Source: Eubacteriales bacterium (GTDB lineage Bacteria; Bacillota; Clostridia; Oscillospirales; QAKW01). From it: DNA of 64,000 bases. Positions 19,929-28,553 of this stretch are shown here, one piece after another (the first letter of the stretch is position 1; the number at the start of each line of letters is the position of its first letter). The position numbers were made by a program, and so were the translations under genes. The stretch covers positions 14,028 through 78,027 of the forward strand of contig JAZNXL010000024.1 of NCBI GenBank assembly GCA_045593905.1, read 5' to 3'. Under the pieces are notes generated by a model that worked only from the letters and a program-made list of their open reading frames with translations, was not told the origin of the DNA and searched no databases.

Positions 19929-21278
19929 ATGACCCCATTGATTTCTTTGATTGGTATTGTCTTAGGTTTGGTTTTGTTGATTTTTCTTGCCTATAAAGGA
20001 CATTCTATCATTTGGGTTGCGCCAATCTGCGCTGCTTTGGTTGCGCTTTTGGGCGGAATGAACATACTGCAGACATATCTTAACGATTACATAGGCGGTA
20101 CAGCCGCTTACATCGTGTCATGGTTTCCTGCCTTTTTCCTGGGCGCGGTTTACGGAAAAATCATGGACCTGACCGGATCGGCCCGTTCCCTTGCCAATAA
20201 GCTGATCTCCCTGATCGGCTCTAAGTATGCGATCCTTGCGGTGGTTTTGCCCTGCCTGCTGATGACTTACGGCGGAATTTCCCTTTTCGTTGTGGTGTTT
20301 GTGGTTTATCCTATGGGTTACGCCATTTACCGCGAAGCAGATCTTCCCCGCACCTTGCTCCCCGGCGCAATTGCTTTTGGTGCTTTTGGTATCACTATGA
20401 CTTGTATCCCCGGCACCCCCCAAATTCAGAACATTATTCCCACCTCTTATTACGGCACTACCGCCGCTGCAGCACCGATCATGGGCTTGATCGCGGCAGC
20501 GCTGATTGCCGTACCCGGATATATCTACTTAGAGTGGCGTGCAAAACAAGCCAGAAATAAGGGCTTGCATTTTGTGGAGGATCCCAAACATAAGGAAGCT
20601 CCTGCTGCTACCCAGGAACAACCCAAGTGGCACTGGCTTTGCGGACTTGTGCCGCTGTTGGTCGTGGTCCTTATGCTGAATGTGCTGCCGGGGCTGCTGA
20701 AAAAATACGGTATTGCCGACTGGTCCTCCAGTCAAGCGATTGTGGTAGCTCTGCTGGGTGGCATCGCAGTAGCCTGCCTGATGAATGTACATCAGCTGAA
20801 GGTTCTGCTGCCGGCAGTCAACGAGGGTGCCAACGGCTCTCTGCCTGCCATTATGAACACCGCCTGCGCAGTGGGCTTCGGCTCTGTGGTCAAGCTCGTA
20901 CCCGGTTTTGTTTTGCTGAAGAATGCTATGCTTAATATGCCCGGCTCCATTCTGTTTTCCGAGGCTGTGGCTGTCAATGTGCTTGCCGGGGCTACCGGCT
21001 CGGCCTCAGGCGGTATGTCTATCGCATTGGAGGCATTAGGCCCCCAGTACTTAGCAAAAGCAGCCGAACTCGGCCTCAGCCCGGAATACCTGCACCGTAT
21101 CGCTTCTATTGCCTCCGGCGGCCTGGATACTCTGCCCCATAACGGAGCGGTGCTGACCCTTTTGGCGGTTTCTAACTGTAAGCATAAAGAATCCTACCTT
21201 GATATTTGCGTGACTTCTTGTATTATTCCGGTGTTGGTTTCTCTTGTGCTGTCCTTTGTTTGGGGTTTGTTTATTTAA
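19929..21278 (+). CDS. GntP-family (gluconate/organic-anion:H+) permease
   Basis: About 450 aa polytopic protein with a GntP-like N-terminus. ATG at 19929 follows a GGAGG RBS. GC and CTG-codon rich relative to its neighbours. Confidence 0.85.
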   Translation: MTPLISLIGIVLGLVLLIFLAYKGHSIIWVAPICAALVALLGGMNILQTYLNDYIGGTAAYIVSWFPAFFLGAVYGKIMDLTGSARSLANKLISLIGSKYAILAVVLPCLLMTYGGISLFVVVFVVYPMGYAIYREADLPRTLLPGAIAFGAFGITMTCIPGTPQIQNIIPTSYYGTTAAAAPIMGLIAAALIAVPGYIYLEWRAKQARNKGLHFVEDPKHKEAPAATQEQPKWHWLCGLVPLLVVVLMLNVLPGLLKKYGIADWSSSQAIVVALLGGIAVACLMNVHQLKVLLPAVNEGANGSLPAIMNTACAVGFGSVVKLVPGFVLLKNAMLNMPGSILFSEAVAVNVLAGATGSASGGMSIALEALGPQYLAKAAELGLSPEYLHRIASIASGGLDTLPHNGAVLTLLAVSNCKHKESYLDICVTSCIIPVLVSLVLSFVWGLFI

Positions 21279-21282
21279 CAAC

Positions 21283-21313
21283 AAAAGCGAGGTGAATTTC
21301 ACCTCGCTTTTTT
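21283..21313. terminator. Bidirectional terminator (GntP gene / GtrA gene)
   Basis: GCGAGGTG AATTT CACCTCGC followed by T6. Confidence 0.85.
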
Positions 21314-21345
21314 CTATGTAAAGGTCAAAATTGCCCAAAAGTCAG

Positions 21346-21750
21346 TTACTTTTTTAAAGTATCTTCTTTGCCGCGATATACTACAAGCTTGCAAAAAAGG
21401 AATTCTAAAACAAAATTTGCCAACATCGTCACAATTAAAATAATAAAATCGTTTATGCCTGCACCTTCTGCCAAATCTCCAAGATATGTAGAAAGCGGTG
21501 TAAATACCAAATAAAAACCAAACACCTTAGCCATTGCTATCGGCACGTTTGCCGCCGACTTAAAAGTATATCGGCGGTTCAAGGTAAAGTTCCAAAGAAT
21601 TGAAAGCACCAGTGAAATTAAATACGGAATCCAATAATCTTTTATAAATATTTCAAGCAGAGCAAAAGATGCAATTTGAATTACACCGGCAGAAACAGAA
21701 AACAGTGTGAATTTAAGTGCCTGCCATAATTGTTTTTTATTATCGTTCAT
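21346..21750 (-). CDS. GtrA-family membrane protein
   Basis: 134 aa, 4 TM, GtrA-like pattern (FTLFSVSAGVIQI...WNFTLNRRYTF). The ATG at 21750 has an AAAGGA RBS. Confidence 0.8.
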   Translation of the reverse strand: MNDNKKQLWQALKFTLFSVSAGVIQIASFALLEIFIKDYWIPYLISLVLSILWNFTLNRRYTFKSAANVPIAMAKVFGFYLVFTPLSTYLGDLAEGAGINDFIILIVTMLANFVLEFLFCKLVVYRGKEDTLKK

Positions 21751-21946
21751 ATTTATATCCTTTCTTATAACCCTTTTCAACTGCTTAAAAGAACAGTTTT
21801 CGTTCTAACATTTCACGAGCCGCACTATTTATGGCAACGGAATAAGGCGTACATACGGGTTTTTTTCATCATTTACATTGGTTGCAATAACACAGCTCAT
21901 ATGCTTGGCTGTAATTTCAGTCCTTTGTTAATTGTTTTGCTATTAG

Positions 21947-22399
21947 TTATTCCGGTATTCCTTCTTTACAAAGCTCGCGCAAATTTGCGGTTATAGATTC
22001 GAGAGATTTATAAAAAACTGCTCTTTCCGCGTCGGTGAGGTTTTTGCCCGCTACCTCTACTGCACGGCTTGCTCTTTTTGAAACGTGCTCTGCTGCAAGC
22101 TTACCTTTGTCTGTAAGCTGCAGTTTTCCTCTGTAGAGGCTGCCTCCAACAACTTGCTTTTTTACAAGTCCTTTTTCTTCCAATATGGATATCATACGTG
22201 ATGCATCGGACTTGTCCTTTCCGCATACTTCGCAAAGCTGTGGAACGGTAATTCCTTCGGGATATTTATACATAGCGGTCAGATAGGTTGCGTGAGGACC
22301 TTTCAGTCCATATTTTGTAAGTTCTTCGGCAGTGAGTTTATGCCAATAGCGAGAAATCTCGGAAATGGCAAGCGAAAATCGTTCAAATCTGTCTATCAT
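21947..22399 (-). CDS. MarR-family transcriptional regulator
   Basis: Winged-helix core (GITVPQLCEVCGKDKSDASRMISILEEKGLV). Start taken at the ATG at 22399, which has a GGAG RBS; the ORF-track TTG at 22510 cannot be excluded. Confidence 0.85.
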   Translation of the reverse strand: MIDRFERFSLAISEISRYWHKLTAEELTKYGLKGPHATYLTAMYKYPEGITVPQLCEVCGKDKSDASRMISILEEKGLVKKQVVGGSLYRGKLQLTDKGKLAAEHVSKRASRAVEVAGKNLTDAERAVFYKSLESITANLRELCKEGIPE

Positions 22400-22566
22400 T
22401 ATTTTTTTCTCCATTAAATTATTGATAAATTGAAGCAGCTCACTAAAACCGCCATTATTGTAATCTGATATATCTTTATCAGTTTTATTAATCAGGCAGT
22501 CTGTCAGCAAAAAACCTTCATTCCAAGCTCTGATGCCACAATATCGTTACCAACGTCATTATAAAA

Positions 22567-22616
22567 GTTGAAGCTTCAACGTTTGCATTATACCTCAAAC
22601 AAGTTGAAATGTCAAC
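22567..22616. promoter_or_regulatory. Two 14-bp palindromes (GTTGAAGCTTCAAC, GTTGAAATGTCAAC), candidate MarR operators
   Basis: Seen at 22567-22580 and 22603-22616, upstream of the MarR gene. Confidence 0.45.
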
Positions 22617-22659
22617 AAGCGCTTAATACCTCTAGACTTATGTAAAGATTGTACAAATT

Positions 22660-22696
22660 AAAAGCCAGATGAATATATGCGTTCATCTGGCTTTTT
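22660..22696. terminator. Orphan hairpin terminator in the MarR/sialidase intergenic region
   Basis: GCCAGATGAA / TTCATCTGGC 10-bp stem, A4 upstream and T5 downstream. No gene reads into it on either strand. Confidence 0.6.
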
Positions 22697-22726
22697 GCTC
22701 ACAAGCGTTCCTTGCACATTTGATGA

Positions 22727-22794
22727 ATCTTTAATAAAAAGCACACTATAGATTTTCTTTGCGTGTTATGGTATAATTGCTTTATCTTAAACAG
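22727..22794 (+). repeat. Promoter cassette copy A (extended -10 TGgTATAAT)
   Basis: Core 22741-22794 matches 24052-24105 with one mismatch. TATAAT at 22772-22777 is preceded by TG. Confidence 0.7.
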
Positions 22795-22841
22795 AAATAT
22801 TTTTAAGCTCAGGGCACTGATATTTGATAAGGAGAATGATT

Positions 22842-23927
22842 ATGACAAAGTGGGAGTATACCGAGCAGGAACTATGGCGCTTTAATGAGAACGGCGACTC
22901 TATTTTTCATGTTTTTGGAGTAATCGCTGTGGGAACAACGGTGATTGCTTTTTCAGAAGCCCGAAAGGGTGACGGCTCTGACGACAAGTGTCCCCACGAT
23001 ATTCGTATGCGCAAAAGCATTGACGGCGGTCGGACATTTCTTTCGGACCGTACCATTATTCCCGCAAAAGGGGTGCATTGCTGGGCAAACCCTGTTCCTG
23101 TGTATGATTCCGAGATAGGACGGCTGTTTCTCTTCTACTGCGAAAATATCGACGGAACCAATACCAATACCTATCTGGTCCACAGCGATGACCTGGGGGA
23201 AAACTGGTCTGAGCCTCGGGACCTTAGTCCGATATTTGACCAATCGGGGTTGCCGGAGTTCCGTCTGGCCGGTCCGGGTCACGGAATTCAGCTGAAGCGG
23301 GGAGTGGCAGCCGGAAGGCTTTTGATGCAGTTTTGGTACCGTCACAGTTCGCGGTACGGCTTGCCTCAGGACCGCGGTTACTGCGTATCAGCGTTATATA
23401 GTGACGACCATGGCGACACCTGGGCAACGACCAAGAGCATTGGAAATGAACAGTGCGCCAACGAATCTCGCCTTGTAGAAACGCAAAAAGATATTTTGTG
23501 GCTCATGCGCACCAAAGGGCCTCGTGCCTGCATGAGTCGCAGCACAGACGGCGGCTTTTCCTGGGGTGCGGTAACTGAGATACAGTTGCCTGATGCCAGA
23601 TGCTGCGATATGGGCGCCATCAGCCTGTCTGCTAAGGATGGGTACGAGGATATGGTACTCCTTTCACGTGTAGGCGACCTTGAAAAGCGGATGGATATGG
23701 AGATTCGCATTAGTTTAGATGGCGGTGTAAGCTTTACTGACACCTTCAAGCTGATGGCGGGTGATATAATGCCCGGCTACAGCGATTTATGTGTTATTGA
23801 GGAGGAGCAACCGGTGATTGGTCTGCTTCATTGCCGCAATAATCACGTGATGTTCTCCCGAATCTCTTTGCAGACACTAACAGGTGGAAAGTATGACAAT
23901 ACCGGCCGCAACTGTTGGCTACAATAA
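22842..23927 (+). CDS. BNR/Asp-box repeat protein, sialidase (GH33)-like, no signal peptide
   Basis: Five Asp-boxes: SIDGGRTF, SDDLGENW, SDDHGDTW, STDGGFSW, SLDGGVSF. ATG at 22842 follows an AAGGAG RBS. Confidence 0.8.
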   Translation: MTKWEYTEQELWRFNENGDSIFHVFGVIAVGTTVIAFSEARKGDGSDDKCPHDIRMRKSIDGGRTFLSDRTIIPAKGVHCWANPVPVYDSEIGRLFLFYCENIDGTNTNTYLVHSDDLGENWSEPRDLSPIFDQSGLPEFRLAGPGHGIQLKRGVAAGRLLMQFWYRHSSRYGLPQDRGYCVSALYSDDHGDTWATTKSIGNEQCANESRLVETQKDILWLMRTKGPRACMSRSTDGGFSWGAVTEIQLPDARCCDMGAISLSAKDGYEDMVLLSRVGDLEKRMDMEIRISLDGGVSFTDTFKLMAGDIMPGYSDLCVIEEEQPVIGLLHCRNNHVMFSRISLQTLTGGKYDNTGRNCWLQ

Positions 23928-23932
23928 ACAAC

Positions 23933-23966
23933 AAAGCCGAATGAGCTATAAACTCATTCGGCTTTA
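23933..23966 (+). terminator. Hairpin after the sialidase-like gene
   Basis: AGCCGAATGAG / CTCATTCGGCT 11-bp stem with a weak T-tract. Confidence 0.55.
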
Positions 23967-24037
23967 AGCGACTTTTTGGCTATTTTAACATCTATGTTAA
24001 CTTTGCTCATTTTTCTTACTGCAGTTTCTTACACAAG

Positions 24038-24105
24038 ATTTTTAATGAAAGGCACACTATAGATTTTCCTTGCGTGTTATGGTATAATTGCTTTATCTTA
24101 AACAG
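24038..24105 (+). repeat. Promoter cassette copy B
   Basis: Near-identical to 22727-22794 and immediately upstream of the GH2 RBS. Confidence 0.7.
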
Positions 24106-24117
24106 GAGTGATGGTAT

Positions 24118-25809
24118 ATGTTGGGCAAACTATACACTACTCAGGGTGAGGCGCTAAACGGCACACCCTGGGATATATATCCAAGACCCCAGATGCGACG
24201 CGAAAGCTTTTATAACCTTAACGGCGTTTGGGAACTTAGCGTTAACGGACAGGCAGAAACTTATTCTATCCGTGTGCCGTTTTGTCCCGAGAGTCTGCTT
24301 TCGGGGGTGAACAGGCATTTTGCCGAGGGCAGTACCCTATGTTACAAGCGTGAGTTTACATTACCCGATAACTTTAACAAAGGTAGAGTTCTTTTACATA
24401 TAGGCGCAGCCGACCAGGTTGCAAAGGTTTATGTTAATAATAAATTTATAGGCAGTCACGAGGGCGGTTACAGCGCGTTCACCCTTGACATCACCGACGC
24501 GTTGCAACAGGAAAACCTGCTTGAAATAAGATGCACCGATGATTTGCGCGACCTTTCTATGCCGTACGGCAAGCAAACGCTTAAGCGTGGCGGTATGTGG
24601 TACACCCCTGTTTCAGGAATTTGGCAGAGTGTGTGGCTTGAGAGCGTACCGATGCAATATATAGAAGATATGCGAATAGAAAATCGGGGATACAGCGTAC
24701 ACATATCTATTTGCCCTGCTATTGACGGTAGCGTGCAGGTCGAGGGCTTGGGCGAATATCCTTTAAAGAACGGCAAGGCGGTAATTGAGCCGAAAGAGCC
24801 TCATCTTTGGAGTCCTGAAGACCCCTATCTTTATAATTTTCGTATAATTACCAAGACAGACGCGGTGGAATCTTACTTTGCTATACGCACTATTGAGAGT
24901 AAGATAGTAAACGGCATACCTCGGCTTTGCCTTAACGGAAAGCCCTATTTCTTTCACGGTCTTTTAGACCAAGGCTACTGGCCCGACGGCATCTATACCC
25001 CTGCCGCACCCGAAAGCTATGCCGAGGATATATTGGCTATGAAAAAGCTTGGCTTTAACACCTTACGTAAGCACATCAAGGTTGAGGCTGAAGAGTTTTA
25101 CTACCAATGCGACAAGCTTGGTATGATAGTATTTCAGGATATGGTGAACAACGGCGACTACAGTTTCGTCCGCGACACCGCTATACCCACAGTGCGTATT
25201 CAAAAACTGTCGGATAAGAATATGCACAAAGACCCCAAAACCCGAGCACGTTTTTTGCAGACGATGGAGCAAACAGTGGCACAGCTTGGTAACCACCCCT
25301 GTATCCTTTACTGGACCGTCTTTAACGAGGGTTGGGGGCAGTTTGACAGCGATAATGTGTATCAAAAACTCCGCGCGTTAGACGATACCCGAATTATCGA
25401 CACCACATCAGGTTGGTTCAGGCAAAAATGTAGCGACGTAGAAAGCCTACATATTTATTTCGGTCGGTGGAATCAGATTCGTCCCGCCAAAAAACCGGTG
25501 GTGCTCAGTGAGTTTGGCGGTTACACCTATGCTGTGGAGGGGCACCTTTTCAACCCGAACAACGCTTATGGCTATAAAGCCTGTGGCAGCAGGGAGCAAT
25601 TTCAAAGTCAGATGCTAAAACTGTATCACAGCAAGGTGCTGCCGGCTATCAGTAAGGGGCTTTGCGGCGCTATTTGTACACAGGTAAGCGATGTAGAGGA
25701 TGAAATCAACGGCTTTTTAACTTATGACCGAAAGGTGTGTAAAGCCGACCAACAGGCAATGAGCGACCTTGCCGATAAGCTGCAAGCAGAAATAACAAAA
25801 ACGAGGTGA
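24118..25809 (+). CDS. Glycoside hydrolase family 2 protein (beta-galactosidase/glucuronidase-like)
   Basis: GH2 sugar-binding N-domain (GGYSAFTLDITD), WSPEDPYLY and a TIM-barrel with NTLRKHIK / FNEGWGQ. Confidence 0.88.
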   Translation: MLGKLYTTQGEALNGTPWDIYPRPQMRRESFYNLNGVWELSVNGQAETYSIRVPFCPESLLSGVNRHFAEGSTLCYKREFTLPDNFNKGRVLLHIGAADQVAKVYVNNKFIGSHEGGYSAFTLDITDALQQENLLEIRCTDDLRDLSMPYGKQTLKRGGMWYTPVSGIWQSVWLESVPMQYIEDMRIENRGYSVHISICPAIDGSVQVEGLGEYPLKNGKAVIEPKEPHLWSPEDPYLYNFRIITKTDAVESYFAIRTIESKIVNGIPRLCLNGKPYFFHGLLDQGYWPDGIYTPAAPESYAEDILAMKKLGFNTLRKHIKVEAEEFYYQCDKLGMIVFQDMVNNGDYSFVRDTAIPTVRIQKLSDKNMHKDPKTRARFLQTMEQTVAQLGNHPCILYWTVFNEGWGQFDSDNVYQKLRALDDTRIIDTTSGWFRQKCSDVESLHIYFGRWNQIRPAKKPVVLSEFGGYTYAVEGHLFNPNNAYGYKACGSREQFQSQMLKLYHSKVLPAISKGLCGAICTQVSDVEDEINGFLTYDRKVCKADQQAMSDLADKLQAEITKTR

Positions 25810-25815
25810 AATTCA

Positions 25816-26520
25816 CTACTCATTCTTTTCAGTTATTATTCCGCTTATTTTGTCGGCGGTTGTTATTTTAAATGCAAAGCGTTTGCCGTGCTTACTGCTG
25901 TCAAAAAGAAAATACTGTTTTTGCGAGTTTTTAATCATAAGCCTGCGCAGTGCGCTTTCGCTTTCTGACTGGTCAGAGATAATTCCGTTTTCGTCTATGC
26001 CTTGCGCCGAGAAAAAGCAAGTGTTTGCAAAAAGCGTTGAAATGGTTGACTCGGCAATACTGCCCACAAGCGCGTGGGAGTTTTCAACCGGCTTTCCGCC
26101 TGTGAGGTAGCACAAAATATGCTTTTGCTTCAGCTTGTTCAAAACCAATGTGCTGTTAGTTATAACGGTAAGATTTTGCTCGGGTGTTAAAAAATCAACA
26201 AGGTGGCTGACTGTTGAAGACGCGTCTAAAAACAAAATATCTCCGCTTTTTATAAACTTTGCCGCTTTTTTTGCTATTTGTTGCTTTGCATCAAAATTAC
26301 TTTTGTTGCGTATCTCAAACGGCACTTCGCGGTTTTCGTAATCGGGTACTGTTGCACCGCCAAAGCACCTTGTTATGAGCCCTTCGCTTTCCATCACGTC
26401 TAAATCTCGGCGGATAGTAATTGGCGCAACATAAAGCTGCTTTGATAAAAAATCAACCGTGCAATACTTTCTTTCTTTTACAATATTCAATATAGTGTTT
26501 TGTCTTTCTTTTTTGAGCAT
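25816..26520 (-). CDS. DeoR-family transcriptional regulator
   Basis: Starts MLKKERQNTILNIVKERKY, HTH then DeoR C-domain. ATG at 26520; the upstream extension is unlikely to be coding. Confidence 0.88.
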   Translation of the reverse strand: MLKKERQNTILNIVKERKYCTVDFLSKQLYVAPITIRRDLDVMESEGLITRCFGGATVPDYENREVPFEIRNKSNFDAKQQIAKKAAKFIKSGDILFLDASSTVSHLVDFLTPEQNLTVITNSTLVLNKLKQKHILCYLTGGKPVENSHALVGSIAESTISTLFANTCFFSAQGIDENGIISDQSESESALRRLMIKNSQKQYFLFDSSKHGKRFAFKITTADKISGIITEKNE

Positions 26521-26621
26521 ATTTGTTCCTTTTTGTTCGTTTATCAAAATTTGGGACATATATTGACCTACAAACGAACATTTTTTATAATAGTAGCATA
26601 ACATTGAAAGGATGTCAAAGC

Positions 26622-27668
26622 ATGAAAACAATTACAATTATCGGTGCGGGTATGATGGGCTCGGCGCTTGCATTCCCTGCAAGAGAAAACGGCAACGAGG
26701 TAAGACTTGTCGGCACACATCTTGATAGAGAAATAATTGAAAACTGTATAAAAACAAACCGCCATTTAAAGTTTACAAAAGACTTTCCGGCAGGCGTTAA
26801 ATATTATCAGATTGAACAGCTTTCAGATGCTATTTGCGGCGCTGATTTTATTATTTGCGGTGTAAGCAGCTTTGGTGTTGAGTGGTTTAGAGACGAGATT
26901 TTACCAAGACTTAACGAAAACGTTCCGGTTATTTCGGTAACAAAAGGTCTTATGAACACTGACGGAGGTACTCTGCTTACATATCTTGACGTATGGCAAC
27001 AAAAACTTGATGAGATAGGCAAAAAAATTCCGCTCAACGCAATCGGTGGACCTTGCACAAGCTATGAGCTTGTTGCTCACGACCAGACCGAAGTCAGCTT
27101 TTGCGGTGATGATTTAGAAATTTTGCGTATGATAAAATCGGCAATGGCTACCGACTACTATCACATAAGCCTTTCGACCGATATTGTAGGTGTTGAAAGT
27201 GCGGTTGCACTCAAAAACGGATACGCCCTCGGTATTGCGCTCACAATCGGTCTTAACCAAAAAGAGTTTGGAATTGACAGCGAGCTTCACTTTAATTCAC
27301 AGGCGGCAATCTTTGGTCAATCAGTAAGAGAGATGTATAAGCTTTTAAAACTTCAGGGCGCACAAGACTTTGACAACCTTGTGCTTGGCGCAGGTGACCT
27401 TTACGTAACCGTTTATGGCGGAAGAACAAGGCTTGTTGGTATTTTGCTCGGCCGCGGTCTTAACATTGACGAGGCAAAGGCAGAGCTTGCAGGCGTTACT
27501 CTCGAGTCGCTTGTTGTGGCAGGGCGCGTCGCAAAGGCAATAAAGAAAAAGGCAGAGCTTGGCTTGGTTGATATAACCGAGTTCCCGCTACTTATGCACA
27601 TTGACGAGATTATTACCGATAAAAAGCCGGTAAACATCCCGTGGGAAAAATTCACATTCGAAAGATAA
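26622..27668 (+). CDS. NAD(P)H-dependent glycerol-3-phosphate dehydrogenase-like protein (GpsA family)
   Basis: Rossmann N-terminus MKTITIIGAGMMGSALAF and a GpsA-like C-domain (VALKNGYALGIAL). Confidence 0.65.
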   Translation: MKTITIIGAGMMGSALAFPARENGNEVRLVGTHLDREIIENCIKTNRHLKFTKDFPAGVKYYQIEQLSDAICGADFIICGVSSFGVEWFRDEILPRLNENVPVISVTKGLMNTDGGTLLTYLDVWQQKLDEIGKKIPLNAIGGPCTSYELVAHDQTEVSFCGDDLEILRMIKSAMATDYYHISLSTDIVGVESAVALKNGYALGIALTIGLNQKEFGIDSELHFNSQAAIFGQSVREMYKLLKLQGAQDFDNLVLGAGDLYVTVYGGRTRLVGILLGRGLNIDEAKAELAGVTLESLVVAGRVAKAIKKKAELGLVDITEFPLLMHIDEIITDKKPVNIPWEKFTFER

Positions 27669-27669
27669 T

Positions 27670-27702
27670 AAAAAACGGAGTGGAAAACCACTCCGTTTTT
27701 TT
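27670..27702. terminator. Bidirectional terminator
   Basis: ACGGAGTGG AAAA CCACTCCGT followed by T6. Confidence 0.85.
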
Positions 27703-28552
27703 ATAATACAAAAAGTAAAACAAGACCGATAAAAGACAGCGCTACCGAAACAAGCTCTTTTTTTGTCGGTTTGTTTTTTGAAAACAGGCTGACTATTGTT
27801 GAAACAATAATAACTCCGCCTGTGATGAGTGGGTATTGCACCGACGCGTCGATATGCACAAGCGCAACGACTAACAAAAAGTTGGCAACGCGATTGAGTA
27901 CGCCGTTTGTTGAGCTTATTGATACAGCCTTTACAAACTGGTTCCGGCTTTTGTCTTTTTTGTAAAACAGCAGTAACACTCCCGAGATTATCGCCGTTAG
28001 AATTGCAATCCATATTGAGTACCAATCGGCGCTTGTTTTAGAATAGTCGGACGAAGTGAATATTTTTGAAAGCACGCCCGACATACCGTTTAACACAAAA
28101 ACGCCTATGTAATAGGGGAGTCCGTTTTTGCTTTTTTTAAAATTCACCGTTAGCATAAGCGAGCCGATTATAAACAAAACGCAGCACAGCTTTGCAATAG
28201 TAAACTTTTCGCCATAAAAAAGTATGCCCTGAAAAAACGGCAACACCATACCGCCAAGCATTGAAAAAAGCGAATACAGCGAGAGGTTTGCACTGTCGAG
28301 AGCTTTAAAACTACAAAACAAAAACGCAATTCCGTTAAGCGCGGCAAAAGTCGCCATAATAATTGTAAAGGGAGTTGATTCAAATTTAAACCCGCTTATT
28401 AAAAATAACACAACAAGCCCTGCAAGTGAGCCTATAAACGAGCTTTCGAGGCTGCTTTTGATGCTGCTTGAACGCAGTTTTTTGTAGCAGTCGTTAAGTG
28501 CAAAGCAGCCGCCGAACATAACGACCGAAATAACAACCAAAAAGTAATACAT
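27701..28552 (-). CDS. DMT/EamA-type permease
   Basis: 283 aa, 10 predicted TM segments. Confidence 0.75.
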   Translation of the reverse strand: MYYFLVVISVVMFGGCFALNDCYKKLRSSSIKSSLESSFIGSLAGLVVLFLISGFKFESTPFTIIMATFAALNGIAFLFCSFKALDSANLSLYSLFSMLGGMVLPFFQGILFYGEKFTIAKLCCVLFIIGSLMLTVNFKKSKNGLPYYIGVFVLNGMSGVLSKIFTSSDYSKTSADWYSIWIAILTAIISGVLLLFYKKDKSRNQFVKAVSISSTNGVLNRVANFLLVVALVHIDASVQYPLITGGVIIVSTIVSLFSKNKPTKKELVSVALSFIGLVLLFVL

Positions 28553-28553
28553 A

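Noticed and set aside
20118-20977. Several 60-100-aa ORFs on both strands within the GntP gene.
   Set aside because: They are expected by-products of the locally higher GC content, which gives fewer stop codons. They are all embedded in a continuous 450-aa permease frame.
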